The notes under the pieces: model-generated
Told to the model about the DNA's origin: nothing
Databases searched by the model: none
Seen by the model: only the letters and a program-made list of their open reading frames with translations
Shown here: piece by piece, positions 1-13,299 of the stretch
Position numbering within the stretch: position 1 is the first letter of the stretch
Layout of the letters: every line of letters begins with the position of its first letter
Origin: Vicugna vicugna
Taxonomy: Eukaryota
Assembly: GCA_013265495.1 (NCBI GenBank)
Contig: MU058714.1
Span: 930,001 to 994,000, forward strand
Direction: 5' to 3'
DNA length: 64,000 nt
Program-made: the position numbers and the translations under genes

Positions 1-1659
1 GAGAGCGGAGTGCTGCGCAGGGCCGTGTGGTGCGGCCGCATCGCTGCCTGTGCTGGCGGCCCCGCGCCGGGGGAGGGCGGCCCGGGTTTGTCCGGTGCTT
101 GCAGGCGCTGTGATCCTGGGGAAACACTTGGGAGGCACTCTGCTTTGTTTCTGTTGTTCCTCAGAGGAGAGCGCCTTCCTCCTCCCTCCACACGCGGGCA
201 CCGGGAGCCACGGTCAGTGGGTGAGCAGTGGGGCTGACCTTCGAGGAGCCCCTTGGTTTGCAGACTCTCGCAGGCAGCGTCCTCGGCTGCCGTCGGACCC
301 GGGGCTGGTAGCCAGCAGGGCAGCGGGTGTTTGCTGGGTGCAGCCCCTCCTGGCAGGCGTGGCGGTGTAGGCGGGGGCCGGCGTGCCCCCGGGGGCTCTG
401 CTGGGTAGGGCTGCTCGCCTGGGGCCTTTGCTCTTGGGGCTCCTGGCTGAGAGCCCTGTTCTCTGTGCTGGGTCCCACTGGTCTTTTTAGCAGTTTCTCC
501 GTTTCCCCCGAAGGAGGACTGTAACTGCTTGCAGCCTCCCTCCCCCTCTGCTGTGCAGACATTGAGGCCTGTACTGTAAGGCGGGGGTCCCACCACCCCT
601 TGGCTCTTTTGAGAACCCATCCAGCTCCTGGTGTTTGTATATGACAGCGAGAGACAGCGTGGGGCTTCTACTTTGTGGATAAGTGGGGAGTGGGGCTAAG
701 GGGTTAGGACGGGCTGGCTGTAGAGAGGGCTCCCGGAGGGTGACGGCTCCCATCCTGGGACCCAGGGGGCCCCTGGCGCCGCCCCGGGCCCAGCCAGACG
801 AAATGCCTCCCACCCCGGGCACTCCTGCTTACAGAGTGCGTGTAGGTGGTGCCCTGGCGAGTGCAGCGCGGAGCCAGGCAGAACCACTTCCCACTTTACA
901 GGGGCCTTTTTGCCAGTAAGTAGTTCCTCAATCAAAAATTAGTTGCTCAAGGAGCACAAATGATACATGGGAGTCTTTGAAAGACATGCAGAGAAGTTGG
1001 GTCCGGCAGGCAGTGCTCAGCTAGCCAGGCAGTGAGCGAATACTTGGGGGACGTCCACTGACACAGTGCAAGCATCCCTTGAGCAGGGAGCGCGTGCGTC
1101 CCGAGGTGCAGCGTCCGTGCGGACAGGTGCACTGACCCACGGGTGTAGTTGCTGACGTCCCCAGACTGATCAGATCCAGATCAAGAAACAATGTTACCGG
1201 CGGGCTGGAAGCCCACCTGGTCTCTGTCAGCTTCCCGTCCCCAGTCCTCCCCTGTCCCGGTGGGCCTGGCGGCGCTGCTGGTTTGGGGCTCTGTCTAACT
1301 GGGAGCACGTGGAGGCACCGGAGGCCTCTCGGGGGGAGTGTCACAGAAGCAGCATCTCAGAAGCGTTCGCTGTGCGGGTCCCCAGAGGGGTTGGGAGGAG
1401 GCAGGTCACTGGGCCCTGCTGGGCCCCGACCTCTGCCCTCTGCAGTGGGTCCAGGGACACGGCCGGGAGGAGGGGTCTCGGCAGGACCAGCACAGCCTTG
1501 GCTGGAGGGTGCGGTGTGCTGACCACCGCGGTCCCAGTGGTGGAGCACAGGCTCTGTGGAGGGAAAAGTGGGCCAGACCTGGTGGCTGGCACGTGTAAGT
1601 GTGAAGAAGATGCAGTGGGTTGAAAACAAAAAAAGGCTCCACTTTCTGGGTTGGCAGAG

Positions 1660-1708
1660 TGCCAGCACTATCAGTGACCTTGTGACTTTGGGCCAAGTTG
1701 TTCAACTG
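1660..1708 (+). mobile_element. MIR core fragment, cut by the younger SINE
   Basis: gtgaccttgtgactttgggccaagttgttcaac resembles the MIR core (tgtgaccttgggcaagttacttaac). Confidence 0.55.
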
Positions 1709-1851
1709 TTTTATTTTGTTTTTTGGGGGGGGCTGTAATTACATTTATTTATGTATTTTAAAATCATGATTATTATGTTTTTTAGTGGAGGCACTGGGGA
1801 TTGAACCCAGGACCTCTGTGCACGCTGAGCACGCTGAGCTGCACCCTCCCC
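1709..1851 (-). mobile_element. tRNA-derived SINE, camelid Vic-1-like
   Basis: ggggattgaacccaggacct (reverse B box), head ending ccctcccc, and tail ttttgggggggg...taatt...tttattt. Confidence 0.85.
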
Positions 1852-4800
1852 ACATCCGGCCATTTTAAACTTCAGCTTTCTCTTCTGGGTTGTGGGAAAG
1901 GTTGGCCTAAGTCCTTGTCAGTGTGAACTTCCAAGCGTCATGAATTACAGAGGGTCACGCAGGAAGTCTTGCAGACAGGAAGATTAAATTTTACACAAAT
2001 GCCAATTACCACCTACCTTTCCTTCCATCCACCTGCCCACCCGCTCGCTCACTCGCTCACCTGCTTCCTTCATTAAACAGAAACCCAGGAAGGCACCGGA
2101 AGACAAGTGTTTCCTTAGGACGGGCCTACCTTTTAAAATTTATGTTCTGCCCACTTCGCCCCACGTCAGATTGACAGCACTGTCCACACTTCCCACCCAG
2201 GGATTTAATTTCAGTTTATTCACGTTATTTAGCTGTTTATCTCAGTGAATGTGGTACCAGGTGCCCTGTTGTGGCTCTCATCCTTTCCCCTCTGCCCTTC
2301 CCTCTCCCACTCGCTGTCAGATTCTTGGGAGGAAACCATAAACTAATTGGCCATAGGGATTCCCGGGGGATCGAATGTGACAGCCTCCCTTCGCTGGTGC
2401 CAGCCTGATGAATGGTCAGTGGCTGCCCCGCTCCCTCCTTGGGCGGCCGGTACTTTGATCTGAGACCGGGGAGCAGGGAGGGGCTGCCGTCAGCCTGGGG
2501 CTCCTAATGAGGGTTCTGGTGTCTGCAGGATGATGCCAGTATGGCAGCCACTCCTCCACCTCCCGCACCTTTCCACAGGCCCTCCGGGAACCCCTGGGGC
2601 AGATGGAGTGAGGGGGTGCTGGGCTTTCAAAGGAGATGTGGCTCCCGTCCCTTGCCCACCCCCCGCCGCCGCCCACAGCCGGTGGGCCTTTGAACAAACT
2701 CCCCCTCCTCCCCGTCTTTGTGGTGGGTCTCTGGAGGACGTGCCTAAGAGCCGCCCCAGGCGCCCCGAGGAAGTGTGGGCGGGCGGCTCAGATGCCCTCT
2801 GACCAGCCCTGGCTTTGCCCTGGGCGCCCTGCGCGAGGCGCGGCGGCGATGTGACGATTATTTGGTGGTTTCTCTGTGGAAGCGTGTTCTGCTCCCCTTC
2901 GCGCTGTTCACACGTGTTGGGCCCTTACTTCTGCCTTTCAGGTCCCCGCTCATGCACTAGCCAGTCTGTGCCTCAGGTTACAGTGGAGTTGCCCGGGGTC
3001 ATCTACAGTCTTTTGAGACCTTCACTCTGTTCCTGCCAGGACAAAGAGTGACGAAGTTAACCTCTCGCTCCTTTAGTTACGCGTTAAAACGAGTCTACCA
3101 TACTTGTCCCAGTAGGTTAGTGACAGCCCGATATTCACAGGCCTCCCCACCAGAGCCACGCATCAGCCGCCCGGCCTGCTCTGCAGCTCGGACTCAGACT
3201 CTCGGGGTGGGGGGGAGGTCTCTGTGAAAAGTCCTTGGTGACTTTGACGTGTCCGTGGTAAAGTTCCCGTCCAGCGCCAAAGTCCTGTTGTTTAATTTTA
3301 TAATTCGCTTTTATTTTCTTTTTTCCTCCAAGTAACACATGCATGTCTTAAAAACCGAAGAGCACTGAAAGGTGTGTTAAGGAAGAGCTCTCTCCCCGGC
3401 CCCGACTTCCAGGGGCAGCTCTGAGTCCCTTCTCGTCTGTACGTGTGTGTGTAACTTTTCCTCGGTAGTTACAAATTTGCCGGTTACTTTCATTTGCTAA
3501 ATTTTCTGTGAACTGAGGAGTTTATTTTTTCGCATGTATTCCCGTACATCTGACACGTGCTGGCAGTGGTGTTTCCAGTGCTCAGATAATCTGTTCCTTT
3601 TTACTGTTTTTAAGAGCCCCTGTAGTTCCTGTTGGACCCCGTGGTCTCTGGATGGGGGACGTGGGTATCTTGTGAGTTCTCTCTCTGTCTCTCTGCCTTG
3701 TTTCCTGGATCTTCTGTGGTTTATTCCCCAAGAAGAACACGAGACACAGATTGCGTGTCTGCGTGTCTGAAAAAGACCTGTCTTCCACTCCCACACTCGA
3801 GTCCCAGACTGAAGTGACCCTCACGGGGGCCGAGGGCGTTGCTCTGCTTGTCCCGCTTGCAGTGCTGCTCCCGTCCCTGACCCTGTGCTTGTGATCTGAG
3901 CTTTCTCCGGGGACTTGCCTTGCCGGTCATTGTTAGCGTCTGCGCTGCGATGTGCCGGGATGGGGGTTCCCTTGGGCGAGTCCTGGTTGTGGTTCACGGA
4001 GCTTCGCGAATCTGCTGGTTTATGTCCCTTACCAGTTTGGGGCAGTTACCAGGCATCATATCTTCAACTGCGTTTTGAGCTCTGCGCTCTCTCTTTCTGA
4101 GACTCCAGTGGCTGCCGGATTAGCTCCTTTGCTGTCATCCCCAGGTCTCTTTAGGCTCTTTTCCTGGGAGCCTTTCCGCTTCTGCCGAGAGGACTCTCCC
4201 GTCCTCTGCCGGGTGGGGCTGTGCGGTGGGGAGAGGGCAGGGGAGCTGAGGCACTTCACTGTGTGGACGGTAGTGCCTGAGCGGGAAGCTCGGGGGAGCT
4301 GGGGCAGCACTAGCGCTGGCACACGGGAAACAGGAGACTGAAAGCAGTTCGAGAAAGATGTCACTTCAGGACGCTCCTTGGCTCAGGCTGAGTACTATTT
4401 CCACAGACATTACTAACATAAAACACTGAATCTTAGTGAAGATGTGACGCGGCTCTGTTGGGAGAGCAGGGATCGGGGGAGCGGGATGGTGGCGGAAGAG
4501 AGGCCAGTCCTGCCCTCTGACGGGTGCGGCTTGGGACGTGGCTGGAGGGCAGGGGCTGCTGCTGCTCTGCTGAAAGCCTGGTGGTGCTCTGCCTCGAGCC
4601 GAGCACACGTGCACGGCTGTGAGTTTAAAGAGGCCCGCGGGGAGGCTCTCGTGAGGAGGGAGGGCTGGTGTGCGAGTGCGGAGAGGTCCGCAGTTCAGTG
4701 TCTGAGGAAGCGGAGTGATCTGGAGTCCAGGACGTCAGGTGGAGAATTAGTGCCGGTTAGGAGGAGAACTGGGTAGAAGCTGACTTAGGTGTTCTACCCG

Positions 4801-6326
4801 TCCAGTGGTCTGACCTTTTCCTTTGAGGGAAAAATGCTTTCTAAGTGGAATTAGAGAATTTCTGTTGAAAACACCTTCCCACAAACATTGAAGTGTGGTC
4901 TGTGGACCGCGGTGGGTTCCTGAGACCCCTGCAGGGATCCGCAGGGTGGGGACTGTGTTTGCAATGATGTTAAGGTGCCACTGGCTATTCTGCTGTGCTG
5001 ACCGGCTGCGCTGAGCCTGAGGGAAGGCTGGGGCCTCAGACGACTCGTTGTGGTTTTCACCTCGGCTGAGCATTCCAGTGAAGACTGTGCTTCCCCCAGA
5101 TCGTCCGAGAAAGCAGCAGAGTTTACTAGCATCTTTGGGTTTCAGCCACTGAACACACACGTTTAGCAGCGGGGGAGGGGAGCCGCGGGAGCACCCCTGC
5201 CACGGGCGTGGGGGTCAGGGGGCTGCCCTCGTGTGCTGAGCCATCTGCTGTTTTCAGGGTACAGACAGACAGTGTTTGCCAGACACTTTCTGGAAGATGA
5301 GAGAAGTCACCTTAAGGGAAACAGCTGACAGGATTTGTTGCCGGTGGTAAAATCTGAGACGTCAGGGGATGGGACGGAGATCTGCGTGGCTCAGTGAGCC
5401 GCTGTGTTCCAGATGCCCGGTGCTGCTGCTACAGGATCATCTGTGGCTCTCGGACGCGTCCAGAGTGTGGGTGGGCGGGTGGCCCTGAACGCGGTGTGGC
5501 CGCGCCGTGGCTTCACGTCCCCGTGGCAGGCGGTCTGTGCCGCCACCTCTTGTCCAGCTTTGCTTTGCTGTCGGGGACCAGCCAGGGGGTCGGACACGAC
5601 TGAGCAGGTGCCCCCCTCGTCTGAGACACGCTCGTGCGCCCCCGACCTGCCCCCGCAGGCTCGCCAGGGCCCCAGGGGCCGGCGGGGGTCCCCCCCACCC
5701 CTCCCACCAGGCTCTAAAGGAGCCTGCCAGACGTGAGACAGCGCTGCCCTTCTCGTGACGTGGTTTTGGGAAGAAGTCATTCTTCACAAAAGATACGTTC
5801 TTATGCAGTGGCTTTGCTGTTACTTTTAAAGGAGAAAGCACAGAAATATTTTTAAGATTTCTCACCTTAATTTTGAGTGTAGTAAGTGCCGACGGATACA
5901 ACCGCATAAACAAAAGCTCTCTGGGGTCCCGCACGACTTCCAAGAGCGTGAAGAGGCCCCGAGACCAGGTGAGCCTCGGGCGTGGCCGGGTAGGGTTGTT
6001 TGCCCCCGAGGCCGCTCGTGAGGCGAGCAGGTGAACCGGGAGTCAGTGGGCGCCCGGCCCCTCGTGCACGGGGTCCCCGGCCCGACAGAGGCCCACGCTG
6101 GGCCCCAACAGCAGCCCGAGATGAAGCCTCAGGGGCACGGAAACCAGGGGCTGAGGTGGCGAACGCGGGTGAAGGGAAATGGCCAGGGGCCGGTGACTTT
6201 TATTCAAATTACGGGGAGAGGCGGGCGAACCCAGGTGCATCTCAGGCCCGCTTGCTGGGTGAGTTATGGGGGGGTTAGCGAGGTGGCGGCGCACGAGTAA
6301 AGAACGCTCTCTTCGCTTCTCCGCAG

Positions 6327-6409
6327 ATCCTCTGTCCATGGGCCCCCAGAAGGCCCTGGAGACCATCGGGGCCAATCTGCAGAAGCAGTACGAGAACTGG
6401 CAGCCGCGG
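6327..6409 (+). CDS. RPTOR: RPTOR coding exon (human exon 3 equivalent), 83 nt, (D)PLSMGPQKALETIGANLQKQYENWQPR
   Basis: Acceptor cttcgcttctccgcAG ends at 6326 and donor CGG|GTAAGC starts at 6410. The peptide matches the Raptor N-terminal conserved region. Starts in phase 1, ends in phase 0. Confidence 0.98.
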
Positions 6410-9400
6410 GTAAGCCTCCCCTCTCTCCTGTGCGAGCTCGGCGCCTCGGGGTTGAGCAGCCCTTGAATGGGGTCGTCGCCTCGTGCGGCCGTGACTGGCC
6501 GCTCCCGGTGGGGGCCCGCGTCCCCCTTCGGGTCCACTGGCCGCCCCTCTGTCCCGTGAGGAGGTGCGTGCCCTATTGAGAGGTGTTCACTGGGTGGCCT
6601 GCTGTTTATTTTGCCTAAACTTTCCCCCAAAACACCGAGAAAAGAAACGGCATTTGCACGTTACTCTTAAATAGCGGGTTCATTTTACATGGGAAATGTA
6701 TTTTCAGTAATTTTCTGCAACTTCAACTACTTAGAGCTGTTGCTCCCACCTTCGATCTTCAAACAGCTGAGGAAAAAAGCAGCCAGCGCTCAAAAGATGG
6801 CACCTGTTATACGCTGTCTTTGATTCAAAGGCGAGGCTGCTTTTAGGCAGCCAGCGCCAATTACCGTGCCTTTTGTTGCTTACAGCTCCCATGCTTTTTT
6901 CTTTTAAAGTGACGTCCGATGTGATAGCTGTGCCCTGCTGCCTTTAAGATCTCCCGTCATTGTAAACCCCTCACCGCCCTGTTTTCTTCAGCCTTTCTCC
7001 TTAACTCGCCTGAGAGCTTAATAACTCAAATAGGAAACGAGCTGCCTGGGGTGTTCACGGAGCGCCCCTGGCCAGCAAGGTGTGATGCCCGGGGAGGGCG
7101 GGAGCAGGCCGCCGCGCCCGCGTGCCGCCCGTGGGCCCGGCCGCGCCGCTTGCAGGGAGCGCCGCATGGGAGCCGTCCAGGCTTCTCCACGGGTCGCTTG
7201 CGCTCCCGCCTGAGATGGCGCCCTCCGGAGTCTCTGCTGCTGCTCGTGGTGGGGGGTGACCAAGCGTCAAGAACCGCCTCTGCCTCACACGTGTCCTTGT
7301 GCCTCGCACCTCTGACCTGTCCAGTTGGCCGCCACGGACTCTCGTCCTGTGGAAGTAGCTTCTCAGTGGAGGTTCTGATCGAGGTCTAAAGGCTTTGCTG
7401 CTTCCTCCCTCAAACTGGTGACCTCTTGATGGTCCATGTGAAAACGCGGTAGCTTCTTTCTTGAGAGGACCGTGCCTCGGCTTGGATGAGGACGGAGAGA
7501 TACTGAGATGTGTGTTCATTTGAAAATGGTTGAAACGCCGGGTGTTATGAGCAGAAAAGAGCTTCCATGAGGACGTCAGAGGTGCTCCAGGATCTCGGCG
7601 AGGCCAGGCAGGCACCTGGGGCGAGTGAGCAGCACAGACCGACCTCACGGTCCACGTGGGACAGCACACACAGGGGGCATCACGAGCCCTGGTGCCACCA
7701 GCGTCCGGGAGGTGGAGAGCCGGCGCCACTGCCATTTACAAGAGTGCCTTTCCGACTCGGCTGCTTCCGACTGTCTTCTGGGTTCGACTTCATGCTTTCG
7801 CTTTTCGCTGGACACACTTGCTTGAAAACGAACGTGACGGATGAATTCAGGCTTCCCGACTGTGTTCTTCGTGGGAGGGGCTTGTGCCACTTTAGTTGCT
7901 TTCTTCCTTTTAAAGAGTCACCCCGTAGGAGTGGTTACAGGGACGTCTTCCGGAATCGTGTGTGACGTGCTGAGAGATGGCGTGGTCATTCCGTTTGCTG
8001 TGGTTTACAGGGCTCTTGGCCGGCCTGCTGCTGTTGCTTCCGGAGGCCGGGAGTCGACCTACTGCCGGCCCTGCCGCAGGTTAGCTTGGGAGGCGCCAGC
8101 AAGTTCGTGCCAGCTGACGGCAAGTGGCGTCTTCTAAAGTAGGGTCTGTCGTTGCTGTTAATCCGAACTTCTGCCTGAGAGCACGTTTCTTCCACGGTGT
8201 CTGGAGAGGCGTTAACCTGTAGGGCAGGCAACATTAGCATGCAGGGAAGTGACTGCAGGCCCCGAAACCACACCGTGGAATCACGTATCAGACTGCGTAG
8301 TTACCGTCCCAGGGCGGGTGTCAGCAGCCGCACGGAGCGGCGTGGCCCCTGGGGGGCGGTCGTTGGCCTGAGGAAGTTTGTTAAAGTCAGAGGGAGTTCA
8401 AGAACAGATCCACAGAGTGATGTTTTGAAGGAGAGCTGGTTCGAAGGGAGAATGCGTCCAGATTATAGGATGCTCAGGAAGAGGTGCCAGTGTGGCGGTG
8501 CGGGGAGAGTCCATCTGGGTTGGTTTGCCAAGTGGAGTTGAAATAGGGTGTCGGCCGCGGCCTGGAAAGATGCGTCCGTGCGGCTGGGCTGGGCCACCGG
8601 CCTGTGCTCAGGAGGCAGGGCCCCTGCAATGAACATTTGATGCTTTCTTTTCTGAGTGCCAAGACCGTTACATTCATCTTTAAGTACAATAAAAACGTTT
8701 AGAATTTTGCTGCTGCAAACTGTTAGTGGGCCTTGGGCATTTCAGAGACAAGCCCAAGGTGAAGGATGCAGTGGGGTGCCCGCCCGGCTGGCCCGCTGGT
8801 GTCCGTCACGGGGCAGTCGTGCTATGTGTTCTGGGGCACGTGGCGCGCTTCCCTGCTCCATGTACCTTCATGTGGGCCGCGGGGGGGGGGCCTGGCACCC
8901 GATGGCACGGCTCTCAGGTGTCTGTGCGAGGGCGCCTGGTTCCTAACTGTAAATCAGGCCCTTTGAAACATTGCAGAGCGAAACACGCCACTTTATTGCA
9001 CTCCACAGGGCTCTCGAGTTTCCCGCAGTAATAAGGAGAGGTTGATTGCATCTGCAGTGGAACAATGGGGGCGTTACTAGATTCCTAGACCTTTGATGTG
9101 GATGCCCACAGGTCTGGTTTTCGCTTTCTCTGTATTCGCTATTGCAAGGCTCGTAGGTCGGGCCAGGGGAAATAAGGTCACCTTCATTGGCATTTGCGGA
9201 AACCCTCGCAGGCCTCCGCAAGTCCCTGGGTGGGGGGCGGGGGCGGGCTGGGGAATCCTGCAACCTCCATCCAGTACCGGGGTGCGGAAACCTGTCGGCA
9301 TCGGAGGAGCCGTGCCTTGCAGGCTTGGCTTCCTTCCCGGTGCTAGAGGGCTTCTGGTCTTCCCATCTCACGCTTCCAGCTCTAACTGTTCCAGGTGAAA

Positions 9401-12400
9401 CGTTCTGACAGAGGTGACTTGGGGTTGAGAGGAGTTTAGAGAAACCATGACGGTGACGTTTTTTCCAGAATCGGCCACACTCTCTGGCCCGATTTCCTTG
9501 CCAGGCTGATGGAGCCCTTTTGTAAATAATTTATCAGTTTGCCGCAGGTGAAATATTTCTTCTGATTAAATTTAAGACCTTGCCTTATTACCTTGTAGGT
9601 ACATAAATTTGTGTTCTCCCGGAGATGGAAGGAAAAATGCCAACTGTTGTTTCAGCTGAAAATCCTGCGGTTAAATAAACCTCACTTGTTTCATCATAAG
9701 TCTCAGGTGAAAGCTTTATTGGGAGATGGAGCAGGAGATTATAAAGCAGAGCGTATACAGTGAAGAATTTATCTTTTTAAGACTTGCTAACAAATTGGGG
9801 TTCTGGCAGTTTAGTACAAGGGGTGATTTAGGAGCCGGGGCTGGTGGAAGACGGCAAACAGAGGGTCTTGTCTGTCTGGTTCTTTCCCCCGAGAGTTTCC
9901 GAACCACCAGCGAGGCCACGCCACCTTTCCTCGGGCTGCAGTGTGGTTCTCCTGGGTGGCTTGAAAACAGATGTGGTGGGAGTGCTTGGCACTTCCTCAG
10001 GTAGGTGAAGGGATCTGGCGAGACTTCCGCTGCCGGCAGGCGTCTGAAGTGCCCCTGACAGGGCCCGCCTGTCCGGAGAGCGTGTCCGCGGGTGGGGGAC
10101 GTGCCTTGCTGTGCCCTGCCCTGGGTCGGCGATGGCGCCCTGGCCCGCGGCAGCTGCGGGGGCTCCAGGAAGCTGGGGGCGTCCTCGTGGGGCAGTTCTT
10201 AGTCACCGCACGCAGGATGCTGGCGCATCGCACTTGGCAGATTCTCACGCTCAGTCCCCCTTCAGTGCACCCTGTCCCTCCGTCTGTCGCAGGGCCTGCG
10301 GTCAGGGGGTGACAGTGGTTTGTGTTCATAGTGCTCGCCGCTGAGCGGCGTGAGTGGGGGGAGGGGAGTCTGTCCTGACCAAAGCAGGCCTCCAGCACCT
10401 GGCCAGTCACCTGGGCAGAGATAAGCGCTGTGTTAATTTAAGTGATAACCGTTCCGTCCTTCGGTGTTGATCACAGAGCTGTCTGCGTGCCTCTCAGGTT
10501 GCCGTGGGGGGGGGCAGTTTGGACTCCTCGGGCTCGCCCTGGGTTTAGGTCAGAACAGGTGCTGTTTGCAGCCCCGGTGCTTCTGCGCAGCAGGGTCTCC
10601 CAGGGGCTGGGGGGCTGTGATCAGGCTCCTGCCTCCTCCCGGACAGGGGGCCTGCTTGATAAGCTGCCAGGTGTTCGGGTTGAGCCTTGAACTGGTGGGC
10701 GCCAGGGAGCAGGCTCTGGGGCCACCTTCCTAGGACTGTCCTCCCCCGAGAGGTGCCCTGGAGAGATCTGTGGAGTAGACCAAAGTGGACTGTTTCTCGT
10801 GGTGACTCCTGCTTGGGGCGGTCACGTCACGACCTGAGCCCCAGACACACCGCAGGTCAGCCAGCGGAAACAGCCCTGTAGCAGGGGTTTGAGAGCCCCC
10901 AGTGCCGCCTCACACTGTCACCGCTTCCTGCTGTCCCCCGCCGGCCAGCTCCCCCTCCTCCTGTCTTCCCCAGCCCTTTCCTTCCTTGGGTCCCGAGGTT
11001 GGGCTCTGTCCACATTGTTTGTGTTTTTGTGACAGACTGCGAACGGGCTCTCAGCCACAGGCGGGACTGCGGGTGGAGGCTCCCAGCTTACGTAATTCAG
11101 TGTCTGGTGTGAAGCACTTTGCATCCGGTACTCGTTACATCTGCACGACCGTGTAGACCGAGTCTTCTGGTCCTCTTGGGGCTACTGCACTGTTTGACGG
11201 TGTCACTTAACTGCTCTCTGCCCAGAGCACTAAGGCTTGTGCCTGTGACAGACATTCTGTTTGTATTTCGCTTTGGCCTTGCCGGCCCTCCCAGACGTCA
11301 TCTTTACCCCTCTTTTCAATCACTGCTCACCTGACAGCTTTTCCGTGGACTGTGTGCACTGAGAGTTCTGACCTATGCTCATCAGCAGGACGTCTCTTCC
11401 TCTGCCCTGCCCACACACCGCCGTCCTGCCCGTCCCCAGAGGCCACGGAGTTGGAAACAGCCTCCAGGATGTGGAATTTAGATTCAGAAAAGCAGCTTAA
11501 CCAGAACCCCCTGCCAACTCCTCCCCCACTGCTTTTCATAAGGGAGCAGGAGGGCCTTGCCATCATCACTCGGGGCCACGCGGAGGCACGACCTGTGGCA
11601 CTTCAGAAACACAGCAAAGGCGTTAAAGAAGAGGAAGAAGAAAAGTCGTCCTGCAGCCCTTCTGGAGGATGAGGAGCCTGTCCTGCGACCAGGACTCTGG
11701 CTCTCTGTGGGGAGGGCGAGGTCACAGCCTGGTATCCAGGCAGAGAACGCGGGCTTGTTGCACTTGGCTCTGCTGCTTCCTCGTGATTAACCCCGAGAAG
11801 TTACTCCTTAACTTCTACACGTGTAGGTGCGACAGGAGGGCGGATGGGGCAGGTGCGCCGGGAGGGGCCGCGGCCGCCTGTGGGCTGCTCCCCGCTTCCC
11901 GGGAGCGGTGGGGGCCCGCTGGGGACGGGCATCCCTCGCCCCGGCTTCCGCGCCCACTCTGCTCTGTGAACTGACCTCCTTGAAGTACCGTGTTTTTAGA
12001 GGCAGATGCAGGCTTAACTTTGTCCTTAACAAGCCTCCCCAGGATGTCATCTCTCATCTTCATGTTCCTTTTAACAAGCCAGTTATCTCTGTGTGTGACA
12101 AATTGCAAATGAGGACCAAATGCTGTCAGTTTAAGGACTAAAACTGCAGCTCAGATGTCTGGCTTTCCCAGATTTCGTGTGCAGGGCTGGCTTCCCGAGT
12201 TAACCTGGAGGCCTGGGACACACAGCCATGAGTAAACAGCTCTGCAAGACGTGTGAGGGGTGGAAATAAGGGTGCCTAAGGAAGTGCCGGTCCTCAGTCA
12301 GAAAGTAGACGAGGCGGTGCTTGCAGAGAACGGAGTGCGAGATTCGGAGGTGGCGGGGCGCCCACCGTATGCTCACCACGTGTAAATGAGGAGAGCTGTC

Positions 12401-12634
12401 AAGTTATATTCCAGCCAAATGAGGAGGTGCCAGTCAAGGGGGAAGGAGAATGGGCTGGAGGGGACTGGCCGCTTCTGTCACACTTGGCTGCGTTTTATAG
12501 GGAAACCAGACGTCACAGCGGTTATTTGTGAAACCGGGGCTTCACAAAGGCTTCTGGACACCCCCCCTTAAGTGTCAAGGGGTTGCTTGTTGGTGTGATA
12601 TGGAATGGAGACTTCCAAGAGAATTAAGATAATT

Positions 12635-13280
12635 TTCGCAGAGCACGAGACTATGGATGGAGTCATACACTGTGCAGCCTTCCGTGGCTGGCTTCTCCCG
12701 CTCAGCACAGTGTTCTCGGGACTCATCCAGGAGCTTGCGTGTTGTCTCAGTGACTCAGTCCTTTCTGTAGGTGAGCTGCGTCCCCGTGGCTGGATGGACC
12801 ACGTCGTGTTTGTCTGTCTGTTGGCGCGTACTTGGGTTATCCCCGCCTTCTGGCTGTCATGCACAGTGCTGGCGTGCAGGTTTTATGCGGGCACTGAGTG
12901 TTCACCTGGAATTGGGACTGCTGGGCCTGATGGCATTCTGTGCTGACCTTCTTGAGAAGCTCCCAAATTCTTCTCCACAGTGGCTGCGCCGTTTTTCAGG
13001 TTCACTGGCAGCGTACGGTGATTCCGGGTGCTCCCTATCCTTGCCAACTCTTATTTTCTGTGTTAAAAATACGTACGTTATTACCGCCGTCCCAGTGGGT
13101 GTCAGGTGGTGTCTCTTGGTTTTGACCTGCTTTTCCCTGATAACCAGGGGCGCTGAGCCTCTCTTCTGTGCTGACTGCACATCTGTCTCTTTGGGAGAAC
13201 TGTCTGTTCACCCTGGACACCATTTTTTAGTGGAGTTACTTGTTTTTGTTGTTGAACTGCAGGAGTCCATAATGGAGGTT
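12635..13280 (-). mobile_element. Ancient L1 (L1MA/MB-like) ORF2 C-terminus and 3' region
   Basis: Minus-strand translations ...PLVIREKQVKTKRHHLTPTGTAVI and VNRQFSQRD resemble L1 ORF2 LNRHFSKED...SLIIREMQIKTTMRYHLTP. Confidence 0.85.
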
Positions 13281-13299
13281 TTTAACTGACTAGGCTGTA

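Larger units (their letters stand above)
1..6326 (+). other. RPTOR: RPTOR intron upstream of the 83-nt exon (partial)
   Basis: Ends in a polypyrimidine tract and AG. The preceding exon (MKTVSVALVLCLN...) is not in the window. Confidence 0.9.
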
